Below, piece after piece: positions 50,771-59,395 of a stretch of 64,000 nt of DNA; the stretch's first letter is position 1; every line of letters starts with the position of its first letter. The notes below the pieces were generated by a model that saw nothing but the letters and a program-made list of their open reading frames with translations, was not told where the DNA came from and did not search any database. The DNA is from Polyangiaceae bacterium (GTDB taxonomy: Bacteria > Myxococcota_A > Polyangia > Polyangiales > Polyangiaceae), in assembly GCA_965222375.1 (NCBI GenBank), contig CBDCTZ010000016.1, forward strand, positions 1,344,001 to 1,408,000, read 5' to 3'. A program made the translations under genes and the position numbers.

Positions 50771-51859
50771 CTAGTTCGGGTCGGGCTTGGGAGTTTTCGC
50801 CGTGCTTTCGGGTAGTGTAGGCTTTCTGATGTAGTCCGTCGGCAGGTCACCGGTGAGCGCCTCGAGGAAGGTCACGATGGACCCAACTTCACTGGGTTCG
50901 AGCTTCTTGCCGAGCTGATGCTCCGCCATCATGGTGACAGCGGTTTTCAGGTCCTTCGCGCTGGAGTCGTGGAAGTAGGGCGCGGTCTTTGCGATGTTGC
51001 GCAGGCTAGGCACCTTGAAACTCATCTTGTCCGCGTCCTTCTTCGTCACCTCGAGGCGCCCGGTGTCTTTCTGATTGGGCCAAGCCTTTACGGCACCGAG
51101 TTTCTGATAGGTCGAACCGCCGAGGTAGGCGCCGCTATGGCACGCTGTGCAGCCCGCGCTCATGAAGGACTTCACGCCCTTCTTCTCGACCGCGGAGAGT
51201 GCTTTCAGATCTCCAGCAAGGAACTTATCCCATCGAGAAGGTGTGACCAGCTTGCGCTCGAACGCTCCAATGGCTTTGCCAAAATTGGTGTAGCTCATGG
51301 TTTGCTCGTCGTCGGGAAACGCCTTCTTGAACGCAGCCACGTATTCCGGCATCGAGCGTAGTACCGCGAGTACGGATTCTTCATCCGGCATGGCCATCTC
51401 GACGGGGTTGAGCACGGGGCCTTCCGCTTGTTTCTCTACGTCAGGCGCTCGGCCGTCCCAAAACTGCGCCAGGTGGCCTGCCGCGTTGTACACCGACGGC
51501 GAATTGCGACCACCCTTCTGGCCCTTGTGGCCGGTGGAGAAGTCCTCACCGTCGACGCCATAGGCGTCAAGCTTGTGGCAGCTATTGCAGGACAGGTCCT
51601 GGTTCTTCGACACCCGCTTTTCGTAATATAGCATGCGGCCCAACTCGATCTTGGCATCGGTGATCGGGTTGGAGTCCGACAACATCACCTTGGGCAGCTG
51701 GGCGAACATGCTCAGCTCGGATGGTTTGAGCTCCGCCTCGGCCGTTGGCGCGGCGGACGCAGTGGGCGCTTTGCTGGACGATGAAGCAGTTCGCTCTTCT
51801 TTGCAGGCTGTGACGAACGCAAGCAGCGCGCAGATGACGAAAGTGTTGCGTGAATGCAC
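50771..51859 (-). CDS. Di-heme cytochrome c peroxidase (CcpA-like) lipoprotein
   Basis: GGAGG followed by GTG; lipobox VTAC; LGRMLYYEKR.S..SCNSCH, RNSPSVYNA, QFWDGRA, NPVEM, CTACH, FKVPSLRNI..TAPYFHD, M...QLG. Confidence 0.93.
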   Translation of the reverse strand: MHSRNTFVICALLAFVTACKEERTASSSSKAPTASAAPTAEAELKPSELSMFAQLPKVMLSDSNPITDAKIELGRMLYYEKRVSKNQDLSCNSCHKLDAYGVDGEDFSTGHKGQKGGRNSPSVYNAAGHLAQFWDGRAPDVEKQAEGPVLNPVEMAMPDEESVLAVLRSMPEYVAAFKKAFPDDEQTMSYTNFGKAIGAFERKLVTPSRWDKFLAGDLKALSAVEKKGVKSFMSAGCTACHSGAYLGGSTYQKLGAVKAWPNQKDTGRLEVTKKDADKMSFKVPSLRNIAKTAPYFHDSSAKDLKTAVTMMAEHQLGKKLEPSEVGSIVTFLEALTGDLPTDYIRKPTLPESTAKTPKPDPN

Positions 51860-51935
51860 GATGACGCCTCCAGGTGAGTGCGGTGAGCTTGCATCGCGTG
51901 TGCCACTCCGTGTTTCACCTGATGTGACGTGCCGA

Positions 51936-51999
51936 CTTGCGCAACTTGTTCCGCGCCGACTCAATCTTGCGCAACTTGTTCCGCCCAACTTCGAAGTTG
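51936..51999. promoter_or_regulatory. Direct repeat plus palindrome in a divergent promoter region
   Basis: CTTGCGCAACTTGTTCCGC at 51936 and 51966 (30-bp period); perfect palindrome CAACTTCGAAGTTG at 51986-51999. Confidence 0.55.
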
Positions 52000-52094
52000 C
52001 GAAAGCCCTGCGCCGAAACGACATCGCAGCGTCGCACCGATGCTTACGGACCTGCGTCGCGACCTGCGTGGTGTGCTAGCATCGTGGACGTTTC

Positions 52095-53459
52095 ATGATT
52101 GTGAATCGCGTTCATTGCACCTTTGCAATGCTGGTATTGGGCGGTTGCGGCAACTTGCTGGGGCTCGGCGAGTTCGAGGACCGCCCGGGGAGCGCTGGCG
52201 CCGGTGGCAATGCGGCGGGGAGTGGTGGCGTCAGCGACTCTGGCATCGACGGTTCGGCGGGTTCGGCCGGCTCCAACGGTGGTGGTGGTCAACCGGCAGA
52301 TGCGGGGCCAGATGGATCCGCCGGCGCAGTGGGCTGCACGGGGCCCGTAGTGGATCTGTTCACTTCCACGAGCCTGAGCGCGGATGCCTTGGACGCGCCG
52401 CGCCTGGTCGTCTTTTCGGTCCCGGGAGGGGGAGCCCACGTTGCGGTCAGCTATAGCAAAGGCAACAACTGGTCGCTTGCCATCCGCAGCGTGGACGCCG
52501 CCGGCAAGGCGTCACCGGTCAAGACGCGAGACGCAGGAGCCGCCTTTCGGATCGTCGAGGGCATTTCGGCAGCTTCGGATTTCGAGTTCTTCGCGATCCG
52601 TGACGACAACATCTTGACCTTTGCTGGCACGAGCAACAGCAGCGGAGTAGCGACTCTCGGTGCGGCGAAGGAGACGCCAGCACCAGACGGGCAACCCGGT
52701 GGCGGTGGTCCGCCGGCCGGTTGCGAGAAGATCGATCTGGTCGATTTTGCGCTGACGCTGCCATCAGATACGAACGACCAGGTCGCTGTCACATGCGATG
52801 GGAGCCTGTTCAGCGGGCGTATCGGCCTGAACGGCTCATGGCACTTCTCGTCTATCCCTCCGGGTACCGACGTGCGCGGGTACGTGGCGAATCTGCCCGG
52901 TCACATCGTGGCAGCCGGTACCGACTACTACTACAAGCCGAATTCGTCGGGCTCCTTTCAACTCGGCGATCGGGGTCGAATCGATCTTTCGGCTGGAGTC
53001 CCGGGCGAGACTCTGCCACTGGTTCTGACGCGGGTCGGGGCCGACAAGGTTCTGGCCGTTGCAGGCTTCAAGGCGGACGCCGGGGACGAACAAGTCTGGT
53101 CGACGGCCGATGCGCCGGACAAGATCGTCGACGCTTTGGATCCCTTCACTGGCAGCAAAGGGAATTTCACGAAGCTAGCCAAGCTCACGGCGATTCCGAC
53201 GCCCGCGGTGCCCTCCTACGATGGTGACTCTGCGCTCTTTGCTGCCTCGACCACCAAAGGGGGCTTGACCGTGCGTCTCTACCGCTTCGACAACGCTGGC
53301 AAGCTCAGCCACGATCTGGACGTGTTCGTTCCACCCACTACGGTCCAACTGGATGCTTGGTCGGCGGCCCACCTTGGAGCCGACGCTGCCTACGTAGCGT
53401 GGACAATCCAAGAGAGCGGCGCAGCCGTCGTGCGCGGTTGCCCGGTCAGCTTGAAGTAG
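52095..53459 (+). CDS. Hypothetical lipoprotein with Gly tether
   Basis: LVLGGCGNLLGL lipobox, Gly linker, beta-rich body. Confidence 0.75.
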   Translation: MIVNRVHCTFAMLVLGGCGNLLGLGEFEDRPGSAGAGGNAAGSGGVSDSGIDGSAGSAGSNGGGGQPADAGPDGSAGAVGCTGPVVDLFTSTSLSADALDAPRLVVFSVPGGGAHVAVSYSKGNNWSLAIRSVDAAGKASPVKTRDAGAAFRIVEGISAASDFEFFAIRDDNILTFAGTSNSSGVATLGAAKETPAPDGQPGGGGPPAGCEKIDLVDFALTLPSDTNDQVAVTCDGSLFSGRIGLNGSWHFSSIPPGTDVRGYVANLPGHIVAAGTDYYYKPNSSGSFQLGDRGRIDLSAGVPGETLPLVLTRVGADKVLAVAGFKADAGDEQVWSTADAPDKIVDALDPFTGSKGNFTKLAKLTAIPTPAVPSYDGDSALFAASTTKGGLTVRLYRFDNAGKLSHDLDVFVPPTTVQLDAWSAAHLGADAAYVAWTIQESGAAVVRGCPVSLK

Positions 53460-53462
53460 CGC

Positions 53463-53843
53463 TCAGGTCGCCGCGCGCTGAATCCGCCGGGTCTCGGGCC
53501 GCAGCAGATAGGATGCGATCACGATGCACAGAAGGACCAGCGGCGTGAGCACGTCCTTGGCTCCATGGCCACTATAGATGTGAGAACAGGCGGCGCCCGT
53601 CAGATCGAAGACGATTCCTGCGTAGGCCCACTCCTTCAGTATCGGGCGACCGGGAATCAAGATGGCCAGCCCGCCCAGAAACTTCCAGATCCCGATGATG
53701 CGACCGAAGTACAAGGGATAGCCCAGCCCCGTGAGTATCTTCGCGATGGGCTCCGGAAGCAGCATGTCCCCGATGCCCCCCGCGATCATGGCAAAAGCAA
53801 CGATGCAAGTGGTGACCCAATACCCAATCACTTTTCCCTTCAT
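53463..53843 (-). CDS. DoxX-family membrane protein
   Basis: YWVTT, LGYP.YF..IIG.WK.LG..AIL.P...LKEWAYAG..FDL.GA..SH. Confidence 0.9.
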   Translation of the reverse strand: MKGKVIGYWVTTCIVAFAMIAGGIGDMLLPEPIAKILTGLGYPLYFGRIIGIWKFLGGLAILIPGRPILKEWAYAGIVFDLTGAACSHIYSGHGAKDVLTPLVLLCIVIASYLLRPETRRIQRAAT

Positions 53844-53924
53844 GACGGAGCGCACGCTACCACACCGATCGCCGGGGCCTTGGCTCTCACGGGCCATGCT
53901 AGAGTCTTGGGCACAGGGAAACAC

Positions 53925-54497
53925 ATGCGAACTTGGGTGTGTTTGGGCTTTGCCCTCGGACTGACTGCCTGCGGAAGCACGAGCGAAGACGGCGGCGCTG
54001 CGACCGGCGGTACCACTTCGGGTGGAACGGCGGGAACCGGCGGAGGCGCAGCGGGTGGAGGAGCCGGGGGTGCAGGCGGCATCGCACCTCTGACTCCGGA
54101 TCCGGGGCAACTGAAGTGCGGCACCGAAGTGTGCAGCGTTCCGGGCCAGATCTGCTGTCACGAGTCAGCGGGGGGCGGCGTCGACCGTTGCGTCGCAACC
54201 CTCGCTGACTGCAAGGCGCCAAACCGAGCTTGTGATGAGACGGGAGATTGCGCCAGCGGCGAGATCTGCTGCACCGGCACAGCGGTCTTGCCGGCAGGCT
54301 CGACTCTTGGTGGCTTCGCGGCCACTCGCTACGTCGACAAGAACGCGCCCGCGAACTGCCTGCCCGAACCGGGCGTGGGCAAGAGTAGCGTGCAAGCGTG
54401 CAAAACAGACGCCGAGTGCGCCGCCAAGACGTGCATCGCTGAAGCCTGCTACGGCTACCCTTTGATGACGTGCGGCGGAAGCGGCGACTGCAAGTAG
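53925..54497 (+). CDS. Cys-rich lipoprotein with Gly tether
   Basis: Lipobox LTAC; CG...C......CC and CD...DC..GEICC motifs. Confidence 0.8.
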   Translation: MRTWVCLGFALGLTACGSTSEDGGAATGGTTSGGTAGTGGGAAGGGAGGAGGIAPLTPDPGQLKCGTEVCSVPGQICCHESAGGGVDRCVATLADCKAPNRACDETGDCASGEICCTGTAVLPAGSTLGGFAATRYVDKNAPANCLPEPGVGKSSVQACKTDAECAAKTCIAEACYGYPLMTCGGSGDCK

Positions 54498-54611
54498 CGC
54501 ATCTTGCGCCGGACTCCGGGCTGCCGTGCGGGCGGGTAGTGCAGGAGTCGCTCGAGGTTGCGAAATGGATTCGCGCGATCAGCGCCCGCGCGCCGCTGCT
54601 AGCGTTTTGGG

Positions 54612-55596
54612 ATGACCCGACTCCGATTTCCAGCCGTCCCGTTGCTGCTCCTGCTCATTGCGCTGCTCGCCTGCGGAGATCTGAGATGGAAGAAGCGGGC
54701 TACCGCAACAACGTCAAGGACTACGACGCCTTGGTCGAAAAGGCGAAGCCACCCATGAAAGCCACCGTGGAGGCCAAGCGCAAGGTCTACAAGGAGGCTC
54801 ACGACAAGCTTCCCAAAGATGAAGCGGAACGGATCAAAGCGCTCAAGGCCCTGAACAAGACCGCGGACAAGGAGATCAGAGAGCTCGAGACCAAGGTCGA
54901 GGCGGCAAACAAGGTGTGGGCCGCCGCGAACGCCAAGGCCATGAAGGCTTACCAAGCAAAGTTCGTTGGCACGTGGGAAGGCGACGGCATGCGGTTGCGC
55001 ATCGATGAAAAGGGCGGCGTCGACTACACACGCAAGTCCGGTAGCGTGAACAAGAGCCTGACGGGAGCGTCCGTCAAAGAGTTTCGGCGGGACTCCTTCG
55101 ATGTGAGTCTGGTCGGAATCAAGACCACGTTCAAAATCGACAAGGAGTCGAAGGAGGACAAGGGCGTCTGGACCATGACCGTGGACGGCGCCAACCTGAC
55201 CAAGGTGGCTGGCCCCAGCGGCGAACTGCCGGTGGGCACCTTTACCTGTCGGGTGCTGGTGAACGAGCAGTGCGTGGATCGAACTGACCGCTTTGCCGCC
55301 GATGCGCCCGTCATCCAGATGTCCTACCGAAGTACCGACGTGCCCAAGGCGGACAGCAAGTACAAGGTTCAGTGGATCGGGGAGGGGTTTGGCCCGGGGG
55401 GCGCTGACAAGACGATCGCCAATGCCGACACCAAGCTGAAGGTCTCGTCGAGCAAGCCCCTCGATCACGTCAACCTCTGGTCTAACGTCAACAAGCCGGA
55501 CAAGGGTCTGATGGCAAGTATCGCGTCGAGGTGTCGCGAGCCGGCAAGGTGTTGGCAACGGCGCGCTTCGTCGTCGAACCGCCCAAGAAGCTGTGA
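54612..55596 (+). pseudogene. Lipoprotein split by two frameshifts
   Basis: MTRLRFPAVPLLLLLIALLAC from ATG 54612 shifts at about 54683 into the 54470 ORF frame. At about 55508 it shifts again into DGKYRVEVSRAGKVLATARFVVEPPKKL*. Confidence 0.65.
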
Positions 55597-55682
55597 TGGG
55601 GCGGGTGGCGCCGCGCTCCAGTTCGCCGCCCGAAACACAAAGTCCATCACGCCCCCTCGAGGCTGCGTATACTGAGCTTCAC

Positions 55683-56930
55683 ATGCTTCGGATTCGCCCC
55701 GAGATTGTGTTTGCGGCTGCGGTCTCCCTGGCCGGGTTGCAGTGCACCTCCAAAAGCAGCAAGGACGGCGCGCCCCCCGGAGGCGATGCGGGCGCAAGCG
55801 GAGCTGGGACGGGCGGTGTTTCCGCAGGTGGCGGCACGTCCGGCACCGCCGGCGCATCGGCCAGCGGCGGCACCGCCGGCGCATCGGCCAGCGGCGGCAC
55901 CGCCGGCTCATCCGGTTCGTCGGGCAGTGGTGGCGCAGCCGGCACCGGGGGCAGCGCAGGCAGTGGTGGCGCTGCCGGCACCGGGGGCAGCGCAGGCAGT
56001 GGTGGCGCTGCCGGCAGCGGCGGCTCCGGGGGGTCGACGTGCAGCCCGGGTGCTCCGACGGGTGGGTGGCCGGATTCCGCAACGAAGCTGTGCTCCAACG
56101 GCGCAACTGTCATCACCTGCCCAACCACCGGTCCCCTGTCCACTCAGGACGGCGTCAAGCAGGAGCCCGTGCCCTCGTACAGTGTCGCCGGCAACGAAGT
56201 CACGGATCCCGTCACCGGACTGGTTTGGACGAAGGACTATTTGAACGCGGACGACCACGCTAAGGTGGGCACTCGCTGCAAAACGAAATATGGCCTCTCT
56301 TGGCGGCTCCCCAGTGCCGGAGAGCTGAGTACCCTGATCGACTACGGGCGCCCGGAACCGACTATCGACCAGACGTTCACGATGCCAAGCGCGGCCAACC
56401 GCAGCTTCTGGACCAGCTCGTCCTTCAACGTCACAGCGACTACGTCGCACGTGCACATCGACTTCAAGGACGGCCTCGTCTACGACGTCGGCAAGAACTC
56501 GACCCCTCGCTTCGGGCGTTGTGTGAAGAACGACCTTGTTGGGAAATTCACGGCAGATCCCTGCGGCGTAGTGACAGACAGCAAGACGCGCCTGATGTGG
56601 CCGAACGTCGTCGACAACGGCCAGTCGCACAACTGGACATCCGCGTTGGCCTATTGCGACGGTTTCATTCACGCGGGCCACGAGGACTGGCGAGTTCCCA
56701 CCGCGAAAGAACTCTTGACCATCGTGAAAGAAGGTGGCTCAGCTCCCCACATTGACACGGTGCTCTTCGGAAACACCCCGAAACTCGGGCACTGGACCTC
56801 CACTCCCTACCAACCCGACCCGTCTCAGGCCTGGTTCGTCGACTTCAATGCGGCGGCTTCCGGTTTGGTGGGCCACGATATGACGACCTCCCCCTATCCG
56901 GTGCGTTGCGTTCGAGATTGGAAGCCGTGA
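55683..56930 (+). CDS. Lipoprotein with Gly tether and two DUF1566 (Lcl C-terminal) domains
   Basis: VTDPVTGLVW..WRLPS..EL..FWTSS..RCV and VTDSKTRLMW..DWRVPT.KEL..WTST..VRCVR. Confidence 0.9.
   Translation: MLRIRPEIVFAAAVSLAGLQCTSKSSKDGAPPGGDAGASGAGTGGVSAGGGTSGTAGASASGGTAGASASGGTAGSSGSSGSGGAAGTGGSAGSGGAAGTGGSAGSGGAAGSGGSGGSTCSPGAPTGGWPDSATKLCSNGATVITCPTTGPLSTQDGVKQEPVPSYSVAGNEVTDPVTGLVWTKDYLNADDHAKVGTRCKTKYGLSWRLPSAGELSTLIDYGRPEPTIDQTFTMPSAANRSFWTSSSFNVTATTSHVHIDFKDGLVYDVGKNSTPRFGRCVKNDLVGKFTADPCGVVTDSKTRLMWPNVVDNGQSHNWTSALAYCDGFIHAGHEDWRVPTAKELLTIVKEGGSAPHIDTVLFGNTPKLGHWTSTPYQPDPSQAWFVDFNAAASGLVGHDMTTSPYPVRCVRDWKP
55842..56020 (+). repeat. In-frame tandem repeats (27-bp and 36-bp units) in the Gly tether
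   Basis: GGCACCGCCGGCGCATCGGCCAGCGGC occurs 2 or more times; GGCAGTGGTGGCGC(A/T)GCCGGCACCGGGGGCAGCGCA occurs about 2.5 times. Confidence 0.8.
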
Positions 56931-57120
56931 CTGACGTAGTACGCACCCCAGGCGTGCACTAAAGTGCGGCGGAGCACTGCGAAGCATGGCGAGCTCAGGG
57001 GCAACTGGGGCGCTCCGTCGCGTCGAGCTTGCTGGGTCTCATCCCGCGCCGATCGAAATACTGCTATACGGGGTTGAGCGTCGGTGGCGCTGGTTCGCGC
57101 CGGGCTCCCAGGAGATAGAC

Positions 57121-57816
57121 ATGACCAAAAGGACTTATCTTGGAATCGGACTCGCGACCTTGTTGCTCGCGTCGGGATGCCATCGAGGTGCGCAGGTCAA
57201 AGCGGTGCAGCTGACTGAGCCCGGCACCTATGTCGTAGCGACTCCTGGCGCATTGTCCGTCGCGCAAAAGAGCGCCAACGTGCAGCGCATCTGCACCATG
57301 CGGACGCCGCGCGGCAAGGGCGGCCACGGCAAGGGCGCGCACGGCAAATCTGGCATGCACTCCAACGCGGGCAAACATGGCAAGCGCCGCCGAGGCAAGG
57401 GTGGTCGTGGCTGGGGAGGTCCCGGCGGACGAGGGCATGGCGGTCCGGGCGGACGTGGTGGCAGCGCAGGTGGAGCGGTGATGCTGGACACGCTGATGTA
57501 CCGCCTGTGTGAAGCCCGCAGCAACGGCGACATCACGTCGGCGCAATACCAAGAGCTACTCAAGGCCATGATGGAGATGGCGAAGCATCGCGCCATGGCG
57601 CCGCCACCACACTTCGGTCCCCGCGGCATGCGGCCAGGTCGCGGTCGCATGGGCCGCCCCGGCATGGGCCCTCGTCGAGGACGCCCTGGCATGGGGCCAG
57701 GTGCGGGTCCCTGGGGTGGACCCGGTGGCGACTGGGGCAAGATGGATGACGCGCCGGACACACCCAAAGACAAGCCCGGGCCGAAAAAGCCAGGCGGCAA
57801 GGGCAAGGCCAAGTAG
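57121..57816 (+). CDS. Hypothetical lipoprotein with Gly/His/Arg/Pro low-complexity regions
   Basis: GGAG followed by ATG; lipobox ASGC; LMYRLCEARSNGDI core flanked by GK/GH and GPG/GRP repeats. Confidence 0.75.
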   Translation: MTKRTYLGIGLATLLLASGCHRGAQVKAVQLTEPGTYVVATPGALSVAQKSANVQRICTMRTPRGKGGHGKGAHGKSGMHSNAGKHGKRRRGKGGRGWGGPGGRGHGGPGGRGGSAGGAVMLDTLMYRLCEARSNGDITSAQYQELLKAMMEMAKHRAMAPPPHFGPRGMRPGRGRMGRPGMGPRRGRPGMGPGAGPWGGPGGDWGKMDDAPDTPKDKPGPKKPGGKGKAK

Positions 57817-58164
57817 GACGCTCATGGAAGACGGGCTGCGAACTCAGCTCGCCCACGTCAACCCGAAAACCCTCATATCCTGGTTTGTTTGTTTGGGGTC
57901 GACGCGCTTGTGACGCGCTTCGTGATGCCCGAAGCGGCAATACCCGACGGGGTGCGGCACTGAGCCGGCGCTCGGCCACTACTCCCGCATCAGGCCACAC
58001 AGCGCGACCGCGCACGCGAGCAGCTTTGGGGCTCGGGCACGGTGATCGGCGCGGTGGCGCGGTCGGTTGCGTGCTAACGCCAGCATCCCCGTCAGCGGCG
58101 GCGCTTACCCTGCGAGGCTTCTTGCTCAGGGCAGCAGCTGGCGCGGGGCCGCCGCGATGGGCGC

Positions 58165-59295
58165 CTAGGCGTCCTTGGCTTCCGATGCCACGTGCACGCT
58201 GCGGTGGCCGAGTAGGTTCAGGCGCGTGCTTCGCACGGTTTCGGGCTGGATCACGCGTCCGTCGTCGAGGCGAAAACGAAGGGCGTCGTCGGGGCACTGC
58301 ACGATGCATGCGCCGCATCGCAAGCACGCCTCCGATTCGGCGAGCGTTACCTTGCGCCGCTGGCCGTCCATGCTGAGCACGCCCCGCGGACACACCAGCA
58401 CGCATTCCGCAGCGCCCGTGCAGCGCTCCTCGAGCAGCTCCACGGAATGCGAATTACCCCCTGCGTTGATGGTGCTCGGGCACCACGGCGTCGTACCCGC
58501 CAGGTCGACGGACAGGACGAGCATCGACAGCAGTGAGGCCGCGCCGAGCCAGGCAAGGGCCGACGCCTGGTACCAACTCAGCCCGAGCAGGGTACCCAGC
58601 CCAAGCGCGCAACCAACAGCGGCGAAACCGCCATAGGTTAGCCAGCGCTTCCAACCCGTGACCGGCAGCCAGGGCAGCAGGGTGAAGATGGCCACCACGA
58701 GTGCCATGACGAGCCCCGCGGCGAGAGCGGCCAAGCTGAAGTTCTGCGCGATCGCGAGAACGACGAACGCGACCGTCGCCATCGGTGGGCCCCAGAGCAA
58801 CGCCATCTCCAAACGCTCCCAGAGAGGAAAACGAACGGCGCGCCACGCCTTGCGCGGTTTGGCGCCCGCGTCCAAAAACGCGGGCAGATCCTCGAGCCGA
58901 GCCGGGCCCCAGTTCACGACGAAACCCGTGGCTTCCTCTACCCGCCGCTTCTCGACGCCGGTTGCCGCAAGTTGGGGCAACACGAGATCGCGATGGTTGA
59001 CGCGCTCGCCGATCTTCGACGCTCGCACCACGCCGATCACGTCGTGGCGCGTCAGGTGCCCGCCGCCGGCGGCGCACCACACATTGATGCCGCGGCTGTT
59101 CGCCACCGAGAGCCAGGCATCTCGACGGGCGAGGGCGTCGCGCAGGCGACGCACCGTCAGCGTGAAGTTGCCCGTGAGCAGAACCGGGGAGTCCGGCCCC
59201 GGCGCGCCCACTTCGACGAGGCCTGCGCGCGTTGCATGGGGCAACAAGCGCAGCAACGTGTCGCGAAGCCAAGCAGGGAAGTCCCGGGGCTTCAC
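58165..59295 (-). CDS. HgcAB-like fusion protein (corrinoid-binding domain, 4 TM helices, ferredoxin)
   Basis: PGPDSPVLLTGNF.LT, S.GINVWCAAGGG (HgcA cap-helix-like, 59059-59085), LPQLAATGV, WGP....DLPAFL; four hydrophobic helices; CTGAAECVLVCP and CLRCGACIVQCP. Confidence 0.9.
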   Translation of the reverse strand: MKPRDFPAWLRDTLLRLLPHATRAGLVEVGAPGPDSPVLLTGNFTLTVRRLRDALARRDAWLSVANSRGINVWCAAGGGHLTRHDVIGVVRASKIGERVNHRDLVLPQLAATGVEKRRVEEATGFVVNWGPARLEDLPAFLDAGAKPRKAWRAVRFPLWERLEMALLWGPPMATVAFVVLAIAQNFSLAALAAGLVMALVVAIFTLLPWLPVTGWKRWLTYGGFAAVGCALGLGTLLGLSWYQASALAWLGAASLLSMLVLSVDLAGTTPWCPSTINAGGNSHSVELLEERCTGAAECVLVCPRGVLSMDGQRRKVTLAESEACLRCGACIVQCPDDALRFRLDDGRVIQPETVRSTRLNLLGHRSVHVASEAKDA

Positions 59296-59395
59296 GGCAC
59301 TTCCTTGGCTCGAGCGCGGCACACGATGGTGTCAGCAGGCTCGAGGGCTGTTCGGACCGACTGCCGGCCTCCGCGGCAGGGAAGTCGCGAGAGCT

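Noticed and set aside
51936..51984. CRISPR repeat or FNR/CRP site
   Set aside because: Two 19-bp units with an 11-bp gap; no match to TTGAT-N4-ATCAA or TGTGA-N6-TCACA.
57826..58160. Island boundary, att site or small RNA downstream of the HgcAB-like gene
   Set aside because: No tRNA, integrase, flanking direct repeat or convincing structure found by eye.
59059..59085. Selenocysteine recoding in the cap helix
   Set aside because: The codon is TGC (Cys); there is no in-frame TGA.
58165..59295. Calling this a bona fide hgcA/hgcB mercury-methylation gene
   Set aside because: Fused architecture, GGG instead of GK after the cap helix, an incomplete first Fe-S motif and no HgcB Cys tail. Tested fused homologues were non-methylators.
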